Assembly (NCBI GenBank): GCA_022511145.1
Contig: JAFLSC010000002.1
Location: 4,208 to 68,207, forward strand
Origin: Helicobacter sp.
GTDB lineage: Bacteria; Campylobacterota; Campylobacteria; Campylobacterales; Helicobacteraceae
DNA: 64,000 bases
Direction of reading: 5' to 3'
Part shown: positions 32,753-43,033 of the stretch, piece by piece
How positions within the stretch are numbered: position 1 is the first letter of the stretch
Layout: the number at the start of each line of letters is the position of its first letter
The notes under the pieces: generated by a model
Told to the model about the DNA's origin: nothing
Database searches by the model: none
The model's input: the letters and a program-made list of their open reading frames with translations, nothing else
Translations under genes and position numbers: made by a program

Positions 32753-34804
32753 ATGCTTCAATCCCAAGACGCAAGAAATCTTTTTTTTGGCTTTGTTTGT
32801 ATTGTATTACTTTATGCTTTATTTGCCTATACTCATTTTTTAGAATACCAAACTTTTCTTACTAATCCTCAAAATTTTTTTCAAAATCATTTGATTTTAA
32901 CAAGCTATGATGGCTATTATTATGCTAAACACACAAGGGATTTTGGAGAGATTTTATCTCAAGATTTTGGAATCAGACAAATTGCTTCTATTTTAGAGAT
33001 TGACATTCCTTTTCTTTCTTTTTTGGGCGGGATTTTATCAAGATTTTTTGGTTTAGAAAATGTGCTAGAGTGGAGCAGTGTCGCTTTAGGTGGGACTTTA
33101 GGGATTGTGCTTTTTTTGCTTTTGGATTTGTTTTTGAAACATTTTGGAATATTGGGTGCAGAGAGGCAATTTCTTAGCATTTTAGGGGCGGGATTAGGAA
33201 TTTTTGCACCGGCTTTTTATCAACGCAGTATTGTGGGGTATTTTGATACGGATATGTTGATTCTTACCCTGCCGCTTTTATCGATTTATGGGCTTTGTAA
33301 ATATTTATGGGAAAGAAAAATTGTAGGATTTTTCATCTTTGGGATTTTTGGAGTTTTAGGGGGAATGTGGCATAGTGGAATCCAAAATCTCTTTTTGTGC
33401 GGATTGATTTGTTTTGTGATATTTGAAGGACTTTTAAGATTGGGCTACAAGAAGCAAGAGAGCAATTTTTGGGGCATTGTGAGTGTGTTTTTAATAATCT
33501 TAATGCCAAGTGTTTTAAGTGTGTTTATTGTGATAATAGTGATTATTGCAAGGATTTGGTTAAAAGATTTTTTTATTTTATTGACTCTTATTGCAGCCTA
33601 TGGGTTTTATGCCTCTGTTTTGGGTATTTTTAATCCCCTCATTGCCCAAATTAATGCTTATTTTTGGGGAGAGATTCAGCACTCTAGCGGTTATATTTAT
33701 GCCTCTGTGGTGAATTGGATTTTAGAAACCACCCCTTCAACCTCTAGGCAAATAGTTGAGCGTTTGGGCGGGATAACACAAGTGAGTTTGGCTCTTTTGG
33801 GTTTAGGGTTTTTTATGATTTTTGCTTCAAGAAAACAATGGTATCTTTTTGCATTACTTTTGCCTTTTTTTATACTCGGAATCGCTTCTTATTGGCTTGG
33901 AGCAAGATTTAATCTTTTTTTAATCCCGATATTGTCTTTAGGTTTTGTAATGCTTTTTGCTCCCCTTTTTAGGCTTATCCCAAAATCTATTTTTCGATTG
34001 TTGCTTTTGTGTGGAGTGGGAATCTTGCTTGTATGGCAAAAGCCTCTTTATGCGATTCCTCAGCCCATTTTAAGCCAAAATGAAGTTCAATCTTTCAAGC
34101 AGCTTTCTGTTTCGCTTAAGAGTGAGGATATTTTATTTAGTTGGTGGGATTATGGCTATGCTTTGAGTTATTTTACACCCGCTAAAGTTTTACTTAATGG
34201 CGGTAGGCATTCAGGTGTGATTAATTATCCTGTTGCTGAAATCCTGCTAAACTCAAATGCTACTTTAGCCTATCATCTCTCTTTTTTACTCGCTTATGAA
34301 ATGGAGCAAAATCCGCCACGACAATGGAATGGGATTTTTGAGAATCTCCTTAAAAAAGCACATTTAGAACCTTTGGCATTTTTAGAGACACTCAAAGAGA
34401 ATCACAATCCGCAAAAGTTTCAAGCCGAGATTTTAAATAATCTTAAAGGGGAGGTTTATTGGGTGCTGCCTCTAAGGACTTTAATGCTTTTGGCAAATAT
34501 CAATGTCTTTAGGGCATTTAACCCCCAAAATGGCAAGGCTTTCGCTCCTAAGACTTTTCTCTATGATACCCCAAAGGCAAATCCTAGCGAGATTTATGAT
34601 GTTTATGAGGATTTTTATCTGTTTATGCAAATAAAAGCCCAAAATGATTTAGCAAGGCTTGAATTTAGAGGAATGAATTTTTTGCTTAGCCTTGATTATC
34701 TTAAAAGCAATCTTGTGCAATGGTTGGTGTTTAAAAATCACGCTTTAATGGATATTGTTCTTGATGATAGCGAGGTTAAAGCCTATCGCCTTAAAAAGGA
34801 TTAA
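32753..34804 (+). CDS. pglB: STT3-family oligosaccharyltransferase (PglB-like)
   Basis: DGYYY, FDTDML, WWDYGY signature, LNGGRH; multi-TM N-terminal half. Confidence 0.85.
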   Translation: MLQSQDARNLFFGFVCIVLLYALFAYTHFLEYQTFLTNPQNFFQNHLILTSYDGYYYAKHTRDFGEILSQDFGIRQIASILEIDIPFLSFLGGILSRFFGLENVLEWSSVALGGTLGIVLFLLLDLFLKHFGILGAERQFLSILGAGLGIFAPAFYQRSIVGYFDTDMLILTLPLLSIYGLCKYLWERKIVGFFIFGIFGVLGGMWHSGIQNLFLCGLICFVIFEGLLRLGYKKQESNFWGIVSVFLIILMPSVLSVFIVIIVIIARIWLKDFFILLTLIAAYGFYASVLGIFNPLIAQINAYFWGEIQHSSGYIYASVVNWILETTPSTSRQIVERLGGITQVSLALLGLGFFMIFASRKQWYLFALLLPFFILGIASYWLGARFNLFLIPILSLGFVMLFAPLFRLIPKSIFRLLLLCGVGILLVWQKPLYAIPQPILSQNEVQSFKQLSVSLKSEDILFSWWDYGYALSYFTPAKVLLNGGRHSGVINYPVAEILLNSNATLAYHLSFLLAYEMEQNPPRQWNGIFENLLKKAHLEPLAFLETLKENHNPQKFQAEILNNLKGEVYWVLPLRTLMLLANINVFRAFNPQNGKAFAPKTFLYDTPKANPSEIYDVYEDFYLFMQIKAQNDLARLEFRGMNFLLSLDYLKSNLVQWLVFKNHALMDIVLDDSEVKAYRLKKD

Positions 34805-34805
34805 A

Positions 34806-36629
34806 ATGTGTGGAATTGCTGGTTGTCTTAATCTCTCTCCTATTCCTTTTGAGTTAGTTTGTGGGGCGATGAAGCATCGCGGACCAGACGCACAAGGAAA
34901 GAGGGCAGAAAACACGCAGGGTGGATTTTTGCAATTTTTTCACTCACGACTTAGTATTCAAGATTTAAGCACAAGTGCGAATCAGCCGATGAGTATGGGA
35001 GATTTGACTTTAGTTTTTAATGGGGAAATTTACAATCATAAGGCTTTGCGGGAAAATCTTAGCTACGGATTCCAAACACAAAGCGATACCGAAACGATTT
35101 TAGCTCTCTATCATCTTTTTGGGATAGAAATGCTAGGAATGCTTGAGGGAATGTTTGCCTTTGTCTTGTATGACAAAAAATCCCAAAGACTTATTTTAGC
35201 AAGGGATAGAATGGGTAAAAAGCCTTTGTTTTATTACCAAAAGGGGACGATTTTTGCCTTTGGTAGCGAGCTTAATACCTTGTGTGCAATGTTTAAACCT
35301 GAAATTTGTCAAGAAAGTTTAGCAATGTTTTTGCGTTGTGGATTTTTTGTTAATGATGGAACACCTTATCAGCATATCCAAAGCTTACCGGCAGGAAGTT
35401 ATGGGATTTATGAACTTAATAATCATACTTTGAATATCCAAAGCTATTTTGATTTAAAATCCCATTACCTTGCTCCTAAAATCACCGATGAAAAGGAAGC
35501 CCTAAGAGAATGTGAGCAAATCTTAAAAGCAAGTATTCAAGAGCGTTTAGAATCCTCTGATTTGGAAGTAGGGGCATTTTTAAGCGGCGGGATTGACTCT
35601 TCCTTGATTGTTGCTTTAAGCTCACAGATTAAGCCTCATATCCGCACCTTTACGATTTCTTTTAGCGGGGCTTATGATGAATCCCCTTTAGCTGAAATGA
35701 CAGCTAAGCATTACAATACAGAGCATACCACCTTGGCTATTACCACAGATTTGAAAAATGATATTGAAAAAATCTTGCAAAACTATGGGCGTCCTTTTGC
35801 AGATAGTTCTGCGATTCCAAGTTTTTATGTCGCTAAGGAAGCTAAAAAGCATTTGAGTGTGATTTTAAATGGCGATGGGGCTGATGAGCTTTTTGGTGGG
35901 TATCGGCGTTATGTTGGGCATTTATTGGTGCCTAAGATTGCTCCTTTTTGCTTTTTATCTCCCCTTATTCCCAAACCCAAAGAGAAAAAATCCCTCCTCA
36001 ACTACGGCTATCGACTGTTTAAAATGGCACAAAGCTATAAAAACAAAGGCTTAGAATACTATCTTTTATCCACAACCGATATTTTTGAGGGGTATTATGA
36101 TTTTAAAGCAAATTTTACAAGCCTAAATCAAGAAGTTTCTAGTATTTTACACTCCAAACTTACGCCTTTATCCCAAATGCTTTATTTGGATTCTAAAATG
36201 TTACTTTTTAGTGATTTACTACCCAAAATGGATATTGCCACAATGGCGAATTCCCTAGAGGGACGCTCACCCTTTTTGTCTTCTAAAATGGTAGAGTTTG
36301 CAACACATTTAAGTGATGATTTGAAAATCAAAGGCACACAAACCAAATATTTGCTTAGAAAACTTGCCCAGAAATACCTCCCCAAAGCCCTTTGTGAAGC
36401 TCCAAAAAGAGGCTTTGAGGTGCCGCTAAAAGCGTGGGTTGAGGGAGAGCTTAAGGAAATGATTTTTGATGCTTTGTCCTCCCCTAAGATTGCCAATGAT
36501 TTTTTGGATTCTCAAGCAATCTCTGATTTGTGCTTTAAGCCCCATTTGTTCCCCGCAGAAAAGAGAGCCAAAATGCTTTGGAGTCTTTTTGTGCTTGAAG
36601 TGTGGTATAAGCGGTATAAGGAACTTTAA
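34806..36629 (+). CDS. asnB: AsnB-like class II glutamine amidotransferase (WbpS/LtsA type)
   Basis: MCGIAG N-terminal Cys, HRGPD, FNGEIYN, LSGGIDSS, GDGADELFGGY. Confidence 0.85.
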   Translation: MCGIAGCLNLSPIPFELVCGAMKHRGPDAQGKRAENTQGGFLQFFHSRLSIQDLSTSANQPMSMGDLTLVFNGEIYNHKALRENLSYGFQTQSDTETILALYHLFGIEMLGMLEGMFAFVLYDKKSQRLILARDRMGKKPLFYYQKGTIFAFGSELNTLCAMFKPEICQESLAMFLRCGFFVNDGTPYQHIQSLPAGSYGIYELNNHTLNIQSYFDLKSHYLAPKITDEKEALRECEQILKASIQERLESSDLEVGAFLSGGIDSSLIVALSSQIKPHIRTFTISFSGAYDESPLAEMTAKHYNTEHTTLAITTDLKNDIEKILQNYGRPFADSSAIPSFYVAKEAKKHLSVILNGDGADELFGGYRRYVGHLLVPKIAPFCFLSPLIPKPKEKKSLLNYGYRLFKMAQSYKNKGLEYYLLSTTDIFEGYYDFKANFTSLNQEVSSILHSKLTPLSQMLYLDSKMLLFSDLLPKMDIATMANSLEGRSPFLSSKMVEFATHLSDDLKIKGTQTKYLLRKLAQKYLPKALCEAPKRGFEVPLKAWVEGELKEMIFDALSSPKIANDFLDSQAISDLCFKPHLFPAEKRAKMLWSLFVLEVWYKRYKEL

Positions 36630-36836
36630 GTCCTGAAAGAATTTTACTCTTGCAATGATGATAAAAAGTCACAATAAAAGTAATCTTACAAATTTTATAA
36701 AACAGAAATATCTCGTTACTAATATTTCCTTTATAAAATTGATTTATAGTAATTTAATAAAGATTATCGTGATAGCTAAATTAATTATAAAATAAAATCC
36801 AAAAGTATTTTACAACTCAAAATTACTGATTAAAAG

Positions 36837-37672
36837 CTATTTGTTTTTCTCTAAACTGAAATTGCTTATCAAAAGTTCTGCTCCTTTTGCTGCCTGCATT
36901 TGCTTATAATTATTCATTCCATATTGCAAAGAATATTCGTATACATAAAAATCCTTATAAAGATTTCGTATCAACTCGCTATCATCATAAGTGAGTAAGA
37001 ATTTATGTTTTGTGTTTTTGAGATTCTCACAAAGTTTTTGATGATTAAAGCTTGTATGCAAATCCCCCTTTTTACCATAGAGCCTTGACTTTGTAACCGA
37101 ATAATAAGGCGAGTCTAAAAAAAAATAAAAACATCTTTGCCTTATTTTTGCAAGAGATTCTCATAGCTTTCATTACTAAAAATAAAATTTTGCAAGATTG
37201 TATCTATATTTTTAAGTCTCTCAATAGAGCTTTGTGTAAAGCGAAATTCAAAGGCTTTTTGTGAATATCCCCCACAATCAACCACTCCTGAAAAAGTAAT
37301 GCGATTGAGTATAAAAAAATCCACAGCTCTTTGAAAATCGCTCATTTTAGAATTTCTACGCTCTATTAATGCCCTATAGAGTTCTTTTCCATTTTTAAAT
37401 TTATCTTTTATATGTTGAATCTCATTGATAAGTTTTTCAGTTTGTGTTTTTAACATCTGCCAAAAACAATACACATCATAATTCAAATCACTCGCAAAAA
37501 ATTGAAGCTCTTTTTGCCTAAAATGTATTTGCGTGAGATAGATTCCAATACTCCCACCACCAAAAAATGGTTCTCTGTATTCTTTAAAATTTTGAGGAAA
37601 ATACCTTTTTAAAAATTTAATAGCCCTTGATTTAGCACCGGGATAACGAAGCGGGGATTTAAGATAAATCAC
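36837..37672 (-). pseudogene. Second Dam-family (D12 class) adenine methyltransferase, inactivated
   Basis: SPLRYPGAKS N-terminus; premature TAA at 37144-37142; A9 tract at 37117-37125 out of frame; catalytic motif reads DSPY. Confidence 0.85.
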
Positions 37673-38271
37673 CGCTTGACTTCTCCTCTTTTCACAATTT
37701 TGTCTCGCACAGAACTATTTTTTAGAATCTCGGCGTGTTCAGTTTTAATATCTGTTGGCCAATCCATTCCCTGTTCTTGCACATTCCATTCAGGGTATTT
37801 GCCATTTTCAATCCTTAAATAATCCTCTACACAGCTTTGCTTGATGAGTTTGTAAGAAATGTAGGCATTTTTCACTTTCTTAATCCCAAACAATCCTTTA
37901 ATATCCTTTTCAAAATTCTCTTGATAAATCATATAGAATTCTATTTTCTTGCCCTCTAAGATTGTGTAATAAAGAAAATACCAAATCCCAAAACTTCTTA
38001 TGCCAGGTCGTCCTTTTGTCCCACCGTCGCGATAAATAGACAAAGTATTTTTAATTCCTCCTTTACTTTGACTCCCTCCAATCTTTTTAATCTCGCCATC
38101 AACAACAATTAAATACACTCTAGCGACATTTTCAGTAAGAATTTTTTGAGGCAGAGCATTGCCATTTTCATCTTTCAAATCTTTAAGATAGTTAAAATTA
38201 AGCCTTGTGCTTCCCTCCACATACTCTACATCAGCAATTTTAAAGGCAGTTTTTACTTCACTTATTTTCAT
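37669..38271 (-). CDS. GIY-YIG-type (Hpy188I-like) restriction endonuclease
   Basis: RVYLIVVDGEIKKIG resembles the Hpy188I-type LVY..KIG motif; C-terminal YPEWN; flanked by two MTases. Confidence 0.6.
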   Translation of the reverse strand: MKISEVKTAFKIADVEYVEGSTRLNFNYLKDLKDENGNALPQKILTENVARVYLIVVDGEIKKIGGSQSKGGIKNTLSIYRDGGTKGRPGIRSFGIWYFLYYTILEGKKIEFYMIYQENFEKDIKGLFGIKKVKNAYISYKLIKQSCVEDYLRIENGKYPEWNVQEQGMDWPTDIKTEHAEILKNSSVRDKIVKRGEVKR

Positions 38272-38273
38272 CT

Positions 38274-39302
38274 CTACTCCTTTATAATCAACAATTCGTG
38301 GCTTTGCTTAATATTATCCCTATTGCCTTGTAGTCCATTATTACGATTGAGGCGATTTTTGCCTACTCTTGTTTCGCCTTGCCCCATTGTGTATTGCCAT
38401 TTGGGTTCTAAGATTCTAAAATCTTTATATGTTTCCCTTACAAACTCACAATCATTATAGCTTAAGATAAACTTCCCTTTGTGATTTTTTAAATATTTAC
38501 TTAAGAGTTTATGATTAAAGCCATTATGATGAATAGGGAAATTTCGCATAGGATAGATTCCCTTAAACATTTGAGAATCCCCCTCTAAAAAATACGGTGG
38601 GTCGCAGTAAAAAAAATCATTAGGGTAGCTTTCAAAAACCTGCTCAAAACTCGCACATTCCACACTTATATTTTGCAACTTGCAATCTTGCCCTATATCT
38701 TTTAATTTTTCTAAAGTTTTTTTGTAGCGAGTTTTATCTTCATAAATTTTACTCATCCAGCCTAAAAAGCCGGGTCCATAGCTTAAATTAAAATTAAAAT
38801 AATAATCGCGTGCAAGCGTGAGGGAATCGAGCTTGATTTGAGCAGTATTTTGCGAATCTTTATGCCTCTCATTCCAATAGGCTTTAAGTTCCTCTTTTAT
38901 CTCTGTATAGGTTTCTTTTGTAGGTTCAAGTTTCAATAAAGCTTCATAAAGTCCATTAGAATCTGCAATCAAAATTTGCCAAAAATTCACCAAAATATCA
39001 AAGACATCAAAAGCCTTCACTTCTAATCCAAGTTCTAAAGCACTTGCGATTTCAACACTTCCTCCGCCCATAAAGGGGCTAACAAGTCGCTTTATATCAT
39101 TTGGGAAGTGTTCTATTATCAAGCCAACAGCTAGAGATTTGCCTCCTCCATAACGCAAAGGACTTTTGGTATAGCGTTTATAGGAGAGAGATTTGCCTTT
39201 GAGAGAATCCAAAAAGAGAATTTTTTTGTCAGTAAGAGAATTATTTTGGTAAAAAAGATTTTGCCAGTCTTCGTAGGAAGTTAAGGCAACTCTAGCTTCC
39301 AT
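38274..39302 (-). CDS. Dam-family DNA adenine methyltransferase
   Basis: SPLRYGGGKS, SPFMGGGS, DPPY. Confidence 0.9.
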   Translation of the reverse strand: MEARVALTSYEDWQNLFYQNNSLTDKKILFLDSLKGKSLSYKRYTKSPLRYGGGKSLAVGLIIEHFPNDIKRLVSPFMGGGSVEIASALELGLEVKAFDVFDILVNFWQILIADSNGLYEALLKLEPTKETYTEIKEELKAYWNERHKDSQNTAQIKLDSLTLARDYYFNFNLSYGPGFLGWMSKIYEDKTRYKKTLEKLKDIGQDCKLQNISVECASFEQVFESYPNDFFYCDPPYFLEGDSQMFKGIYPMRNFPIHHNGFNHKLLSKYLKNHKGKFILSYNDCEFVRETYKDFRILEPKWQYTMGQGETRVGKNRLNRNNGLQGNRDNIKQSHELLIIKE

Positions 39303-39305
39303 ATC

Positions 39306-39405
39306 TCACAGCTCGCTTTTCAATACTGCGCCATTAGCAGCGTTGCTCACAAGCAAGGCATATCGCTTGAGCCATTTGCTTTGAATCTCTTTTTGATGGC
39401 TTCCA
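39306..39405 (-). repeat. Diverged duplicate of the ilvD 3' end (direct repeat of 41313-41414)
   Basis: 78/84 identity over 39306-39389 vs 41313-41396; encodes [27 protein letters not shown]. Confidence 0.95.
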
Positions 39406-39444
39406 ACACACACTTTGTTTTTTAAAACTAAAACCCATTTCATA

Positions 39445-40641
39445 TTAAATCCTTTGTTTGATTTTACTATAAATATCGCCAAAACTAGAATCTAACATAC
39501 AATTCTCTAGGCTTCTTTGGGAAAATAAAAATCGTCCATCACACACAAAACCCAGCTCTTCCCAATCTATATCATTAAGTCTTATGCATAATTCTTGTAA
39601 AAATCTAGAATTCACTTCAAATTTTGGAAAAATCGCCAAAACAGAGCCATCATAAGCATTGCAAGAATGAATAAAAAAAGGCTTTTTATTTCGGGTTTTC
39701 GTATTGACATAGATTCGTGGCTGTTCGCTTTTGTAATAGTCTCTGCCCCATTGCCACCAATTATTTTCATCAAATTTTTTAATTCTTCTTTGTATCAATC
39801 TTTGTTTAAATTCTTGCAAATATACACAATCTTTGGCATAAATTCCATAAATCATTTTTTTTGTTTTACCGCTTTTTGCTGTGGTAGAATTTACAAATTC
39901 TACATTACCCCATTGTTTATTAGCAAAAATAGAATCTGCCCCGCTCACTGCTCCAACTTTAACAAAGAACAATGAGCTAAAAGGAATGTTGTAAGATTTT
40001 TTAGTAAAAAGAATCTGCCCATTGATGCAACTAAATTCCCTCAAACATTGTGTTTTTCGCCTAAAATTTCCCTTTTCAAATCTCCATATGGCACAATTAG
40101 GTTGAGCTTTGTTAAAAATCTTCCTATCCCCCAAATCTATAAAATCTGTTATGCTGCCTTGTGAGAATAAAAACTCATTGAGTTTTATACTTGCTGTGCT
40201 TTTTAGAAAATCTCTAGGCGTGATAAAAATCAGCTCGCCTTTATCTTTTAAATGTAAGATACACTTATAGATAAAAAATAAATACAAATTTGAGCGAGAA
40301 TCAAAGATATTCTTATAGGCATTTAAAAGGAATTTCGTAGAATCTAAAATATCTTGATAGCGCACATAAGGAGGATTGCCAATAATACAATCAAATTTTT
40401 CGCTTACAGGATAGCTAAAAAAATCAACCTTCAATATAGATTTATCGCAAATCAATTTAGAATCTAGCTCTATGCCTATTTTGTTGTTGGGTAAATTTTC
40501 AAAAAAAGCTCCATTTCCACAGCTTGGCTCTAAAAATCTAGGATTTTCTAATTTTGTGCTACTTTGGATAAGATTTAACATATCACTTACAATATGTGGT
40601 GGTGTAAAAACTTGTCCTAAATTTATTACATCAAGATTCAT
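39445..40641 (-). CDS. Type II N6-adenine methyltransferase, HP0910/M.HpyAIX (HindII-like, GTNNAC) family
   Basis: LGQVFTP, EPSCGNG, IGNPPY, SNLYLFFI, ITPRDFLKST, VKVGAVSG, WEELGFVC.GRFLFSQRSLEN match HP0910 as I recall it. Confidence 0.85.
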   Translation of the reverse strand: MNLDVINLGQVFTPPHIVSDMLNLIQSSTKLENPRFLEPSCGNGAFFENLPNNKIGIELDSKLICDKSILKVDFFSYPVSEKFDCIIGNPPYVRYQDILDSTKFLLNAYKNIFDSRSNLYLFFIYKCILHLKDKGELIFITPRDFLKSTASIKLNEFLFSQGSITDFIDLGDRKIFNKAQPNCAIWRFEKGNFRRKTQCLREFSCINGQILFTKKSYNIPFSSLFFVKVGAVSGADSIFANKQWGNVEFVNSTTAKSGKTKKMIYGIYAKDCVYLQEFKQRLIQRRIKKFDENNWWQWGRDYYKSEQPRIYVNTKTRNKKPFFIHSCNAYDGSVLAIFPKFEVNSRFLQELCIRLNDIDWEELGFVCDGRFLFSQRSLENCMLDSSFGDIYSKIKQRI

Positions 40642-41254
40642 AAAAGTATCTCTTAAAATGGAGGTAGGCTTCAGCTCTTAATTGCAAAGATTTTTCAAAA
40701 AATCCAAGCAAAAATGTTTTTGCGCTTTCAAAATCTCTTATAACAATATTACGATTATTGTCCCATTTTGCCTGAAAGGGTAAGTTGTTCCCATTTGGCA
40801 AAATGTTTTCTAAGCTTTTAAGTGAAGTAACAAAAACATCACTAGAGCTATCTTTGTTGATAATCAAAAAATAATAATCTTTTGTATTTTCTTGTATATT
40901 TTCTTTAAGATTTTTGAAATAGCAATCCCAACTTACGCCATTGCCAAAAGGCGGAATCTTGCCTGTTAGAGCATAATATATACCAAGTTTGCAGTTAAGA
41001 TTATCCGTAGTTTTTGTTGTGCTTACCTTGATATTTACAGGACAAAATATCCCATTTTCTTTAAAAGCAAAATCAAACCAATCACGCATATTTGGTCGAT
41101 TGATAGCAAAGTTGGATTCCAAAATATTAAAAATCTCATCTTCATTAAAGGCAGAGTTTATTCTGCCATCTCGACTTTGCTTAGTTAAAGTAATAGGATT
41201 TTCTTTTAAAAATTCTACGATTTGAATAAGCAAAGTTGGCATTACTTGAGTCAT
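40631..41254 (-). CDS. Type II restriction endonuclease, HP0909/Hpy8I-like (GTNNAC)
   Basis: DGRINS..NE, W.DFAF, PVNIK, DNLNCKLGIYYAL, PNGNNLPFQAKWDNN; overlaps its MTase. Confidence 0.75.
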   Translation of the reverse strand: MTQVMPTLLIQIVEFLKENPITLTKQSRDGRINSAFNEDEIFNILESNFAINRPNMRDWFDFAFKENGIFCPVNIKVSTTKTTDNLNCKLGIYYALTGKIPPFGNGVSWDCYFKNLKENIQENTKDYYFLIINKDSSSDVFVTSLKSLENILPNGNNLPFQAKWDNNRNIVIRDFESAKTFLLGFFEKSLQLRAEAYLHFKRYFYES

Positions 41255-41312
41255 TTGTTCATCGCTCTTATATGGCTTCAATCAGAATGAGTTTCTTACT
41301 TGTTGTCATTGT

Positions 41313-43007
41313 TTATAGTTCGTTTTTCAACACTGCGCCATTAGCAGCATTGCTCACAAGCAAGGCATATCGCTTGAGCCATTTGCTTTGAATCTCCTTT
41401 TTAAGAGGTTTCCATTTTTTGGCTCTCTCCTCCAAAATCTTAGAATCCACACACAATTCCAAGCTCCCCTTGCTCACTGAAATAGCAATTTTATCGCCAT
41501 CTTCAATAAGTGCAATCAATCCCCCTTCCGCAGCTTCTGGGCTAATATGCCCGATACACGCCCCACGCGTTGCCCCACTAAAGCGTCCATCGGTAATTAG
41601 TGCTACGCTATTACCTAGCCCCATTCCCATAATCAAACTTGTGGGGCTTAGCATTTCTTGCATTCCCGGTCCCCCCTTAGGTCCCTCATAGCGGATAACC
41701 ACTACATTTCCTGCTTTGACTTTGCCCCCGGCAATGCCCTTAATGGCTTCTTCTTGGGAGTTAAAGCATATTGCCGCTCCCTCAAATTCTTTCATAGATT
41801 CTGCTACAGCGGCGACTTTTAGCACTGCTCCTTCTTTGGCGAGATTCCCATAGAGGATTTTTAAGCCCCCCACAGGCGAGTAGGCATTCTCATTGTGGCG
41901 AATGACATTAGAATCCGCAATCTCCGCGCCTACAATGCGTTCGCCCAGCGTCTCGCCCGTAATTGTAAGCGCATCAAGATAAAGGACACAATCTCCTCTT
42001 TTTGCCACTTCATTCATTACCGCCGATACGCCCCCCGCTCTGTTAATATCCTCCATATGAATACTACTCAATGCAGGAGCGATTTTGGCGATGTGGGCGA
42101 CATTTTGAGCGATATTGTTAATGGATTCTAGATTGAAATGAATTTCGGCTTCTTTAGCAATGGCTAACATATGTAGCACCGTGTTTGTGCTGCCCCCCAT
42201 AGCCATATCCACGACAAAGGCATTATGCACGGCTTTTTCATTGAGAATATTGCGGAATCTAAATTGTTCGCTCAAGGCAGAATCTAAGGCGATTTCTACA
42301 ATTCTCCTTGCAGCTTTGCGTAAAAGCTCTTCGCGTTCTTTGGTAAGTGCAGGAATCGTGCCATTACCCGCTAGAGCCACACCCATAGCCTCACAAAGTG
42401 TGTTCATTGAGTTTGCAGTAAACATACCGCTACAGCTTCCTCCGCCCGGACAAGCCTTACATTCTATCTCGTGCAGTCTTTTTTCATCAATCTTGCCTTC
42501 TGCGTAAGCCCCTACTGCTTCAAATGCGGAGTTTAAATCTAAAATCGTGCCATCTGCGAGTTTTCCTGCCCTCATAGGACCGCCACTTACAAAGATTGTT
42601 GGCACATTCACACGTAATGCTCCCATTAGCATTCCGGGCACGATTTTATCGCAATTAGGAATGCAAATCATCGCATCAAGGGCGTGAGCATTCATCATCG
42701 TTTCAATACTATCGGCGATGAGTTCGCGGCTTGGCAATGAATAGAGCATACCACTATGCCCCATAGCAATCCCATCATCAACGCCAATGGTATTAAACTC
42801 AAAAGGCACGCCACCGGCTTTTCTAATCTCCTCTTTGATAATTTGTGCATAACGATTAAGAAAAAAATGCCCCGGAATAATATCGATATAGCTATTTGCT
42901 ACGCCAATAAAGGGTTTATTGAAATCTTCATCTGTTAAACCCGTAGCACGTAATAAACTCCTATGCGGGGCTTTTTGATAGCCTTTTTTAATGATATCAC
43001 TACGCAT
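41313..43007 (-). CDS. ilvD: Dihydroxy-acid dehydratase
   Basis: [38 protein letters not shown]. Confidence 0.98.
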   Translation of the reverse strand: MRSDIIKKGYQKAPHRSLLRATGLTDEDFNKPFIGVANSYIDIIPGHFFLNRYAQIIKEEIRKAGGVPFEFNTIGVDDGIAMGHSGMLYSLPSRELIADSIETMMNAHALDAMICIPNCDKIVPGMLMGALRVNVPTIFVSGGPMRAGKLADGTILDLNSAFEAVGAYAEGKIDEKRLHEIECKACPGGGSCSGMFTANSMNTLCEAMGVALAGNGTIPALTKEREELLRKAARRIVEIALDSALSEQFRFRNILNEKAVHNAFVVDMAMGGSTNTVLHMLAIAKEAEIHFNLESINNIAQNVAHIAKIAPALSSIHMEDINRAGGVSAVMNEVAKRGDCVLYLDALTITGETLGERIVGAEIADSNVIRHNENAYSPVGGLKILYGNLAKEGAVLKVAAVAESMKEFEGAAICFNSQEEAIKGIAGGKVKAGNVVVIRYEGPKGGPGMQEMLSPTSLIMGMGLGNSVALITDGRFSGATRGACIGHISPEAAEGGLIALIEDGDKIAISVSKGSLELCVDSKILEERAKKWKPLKKEIQSKWLKRYALLVSNAANGAVLKNEL

Positions 43008-43033
43008 AAAATCTCCTTATATGGTTTTGTAAA

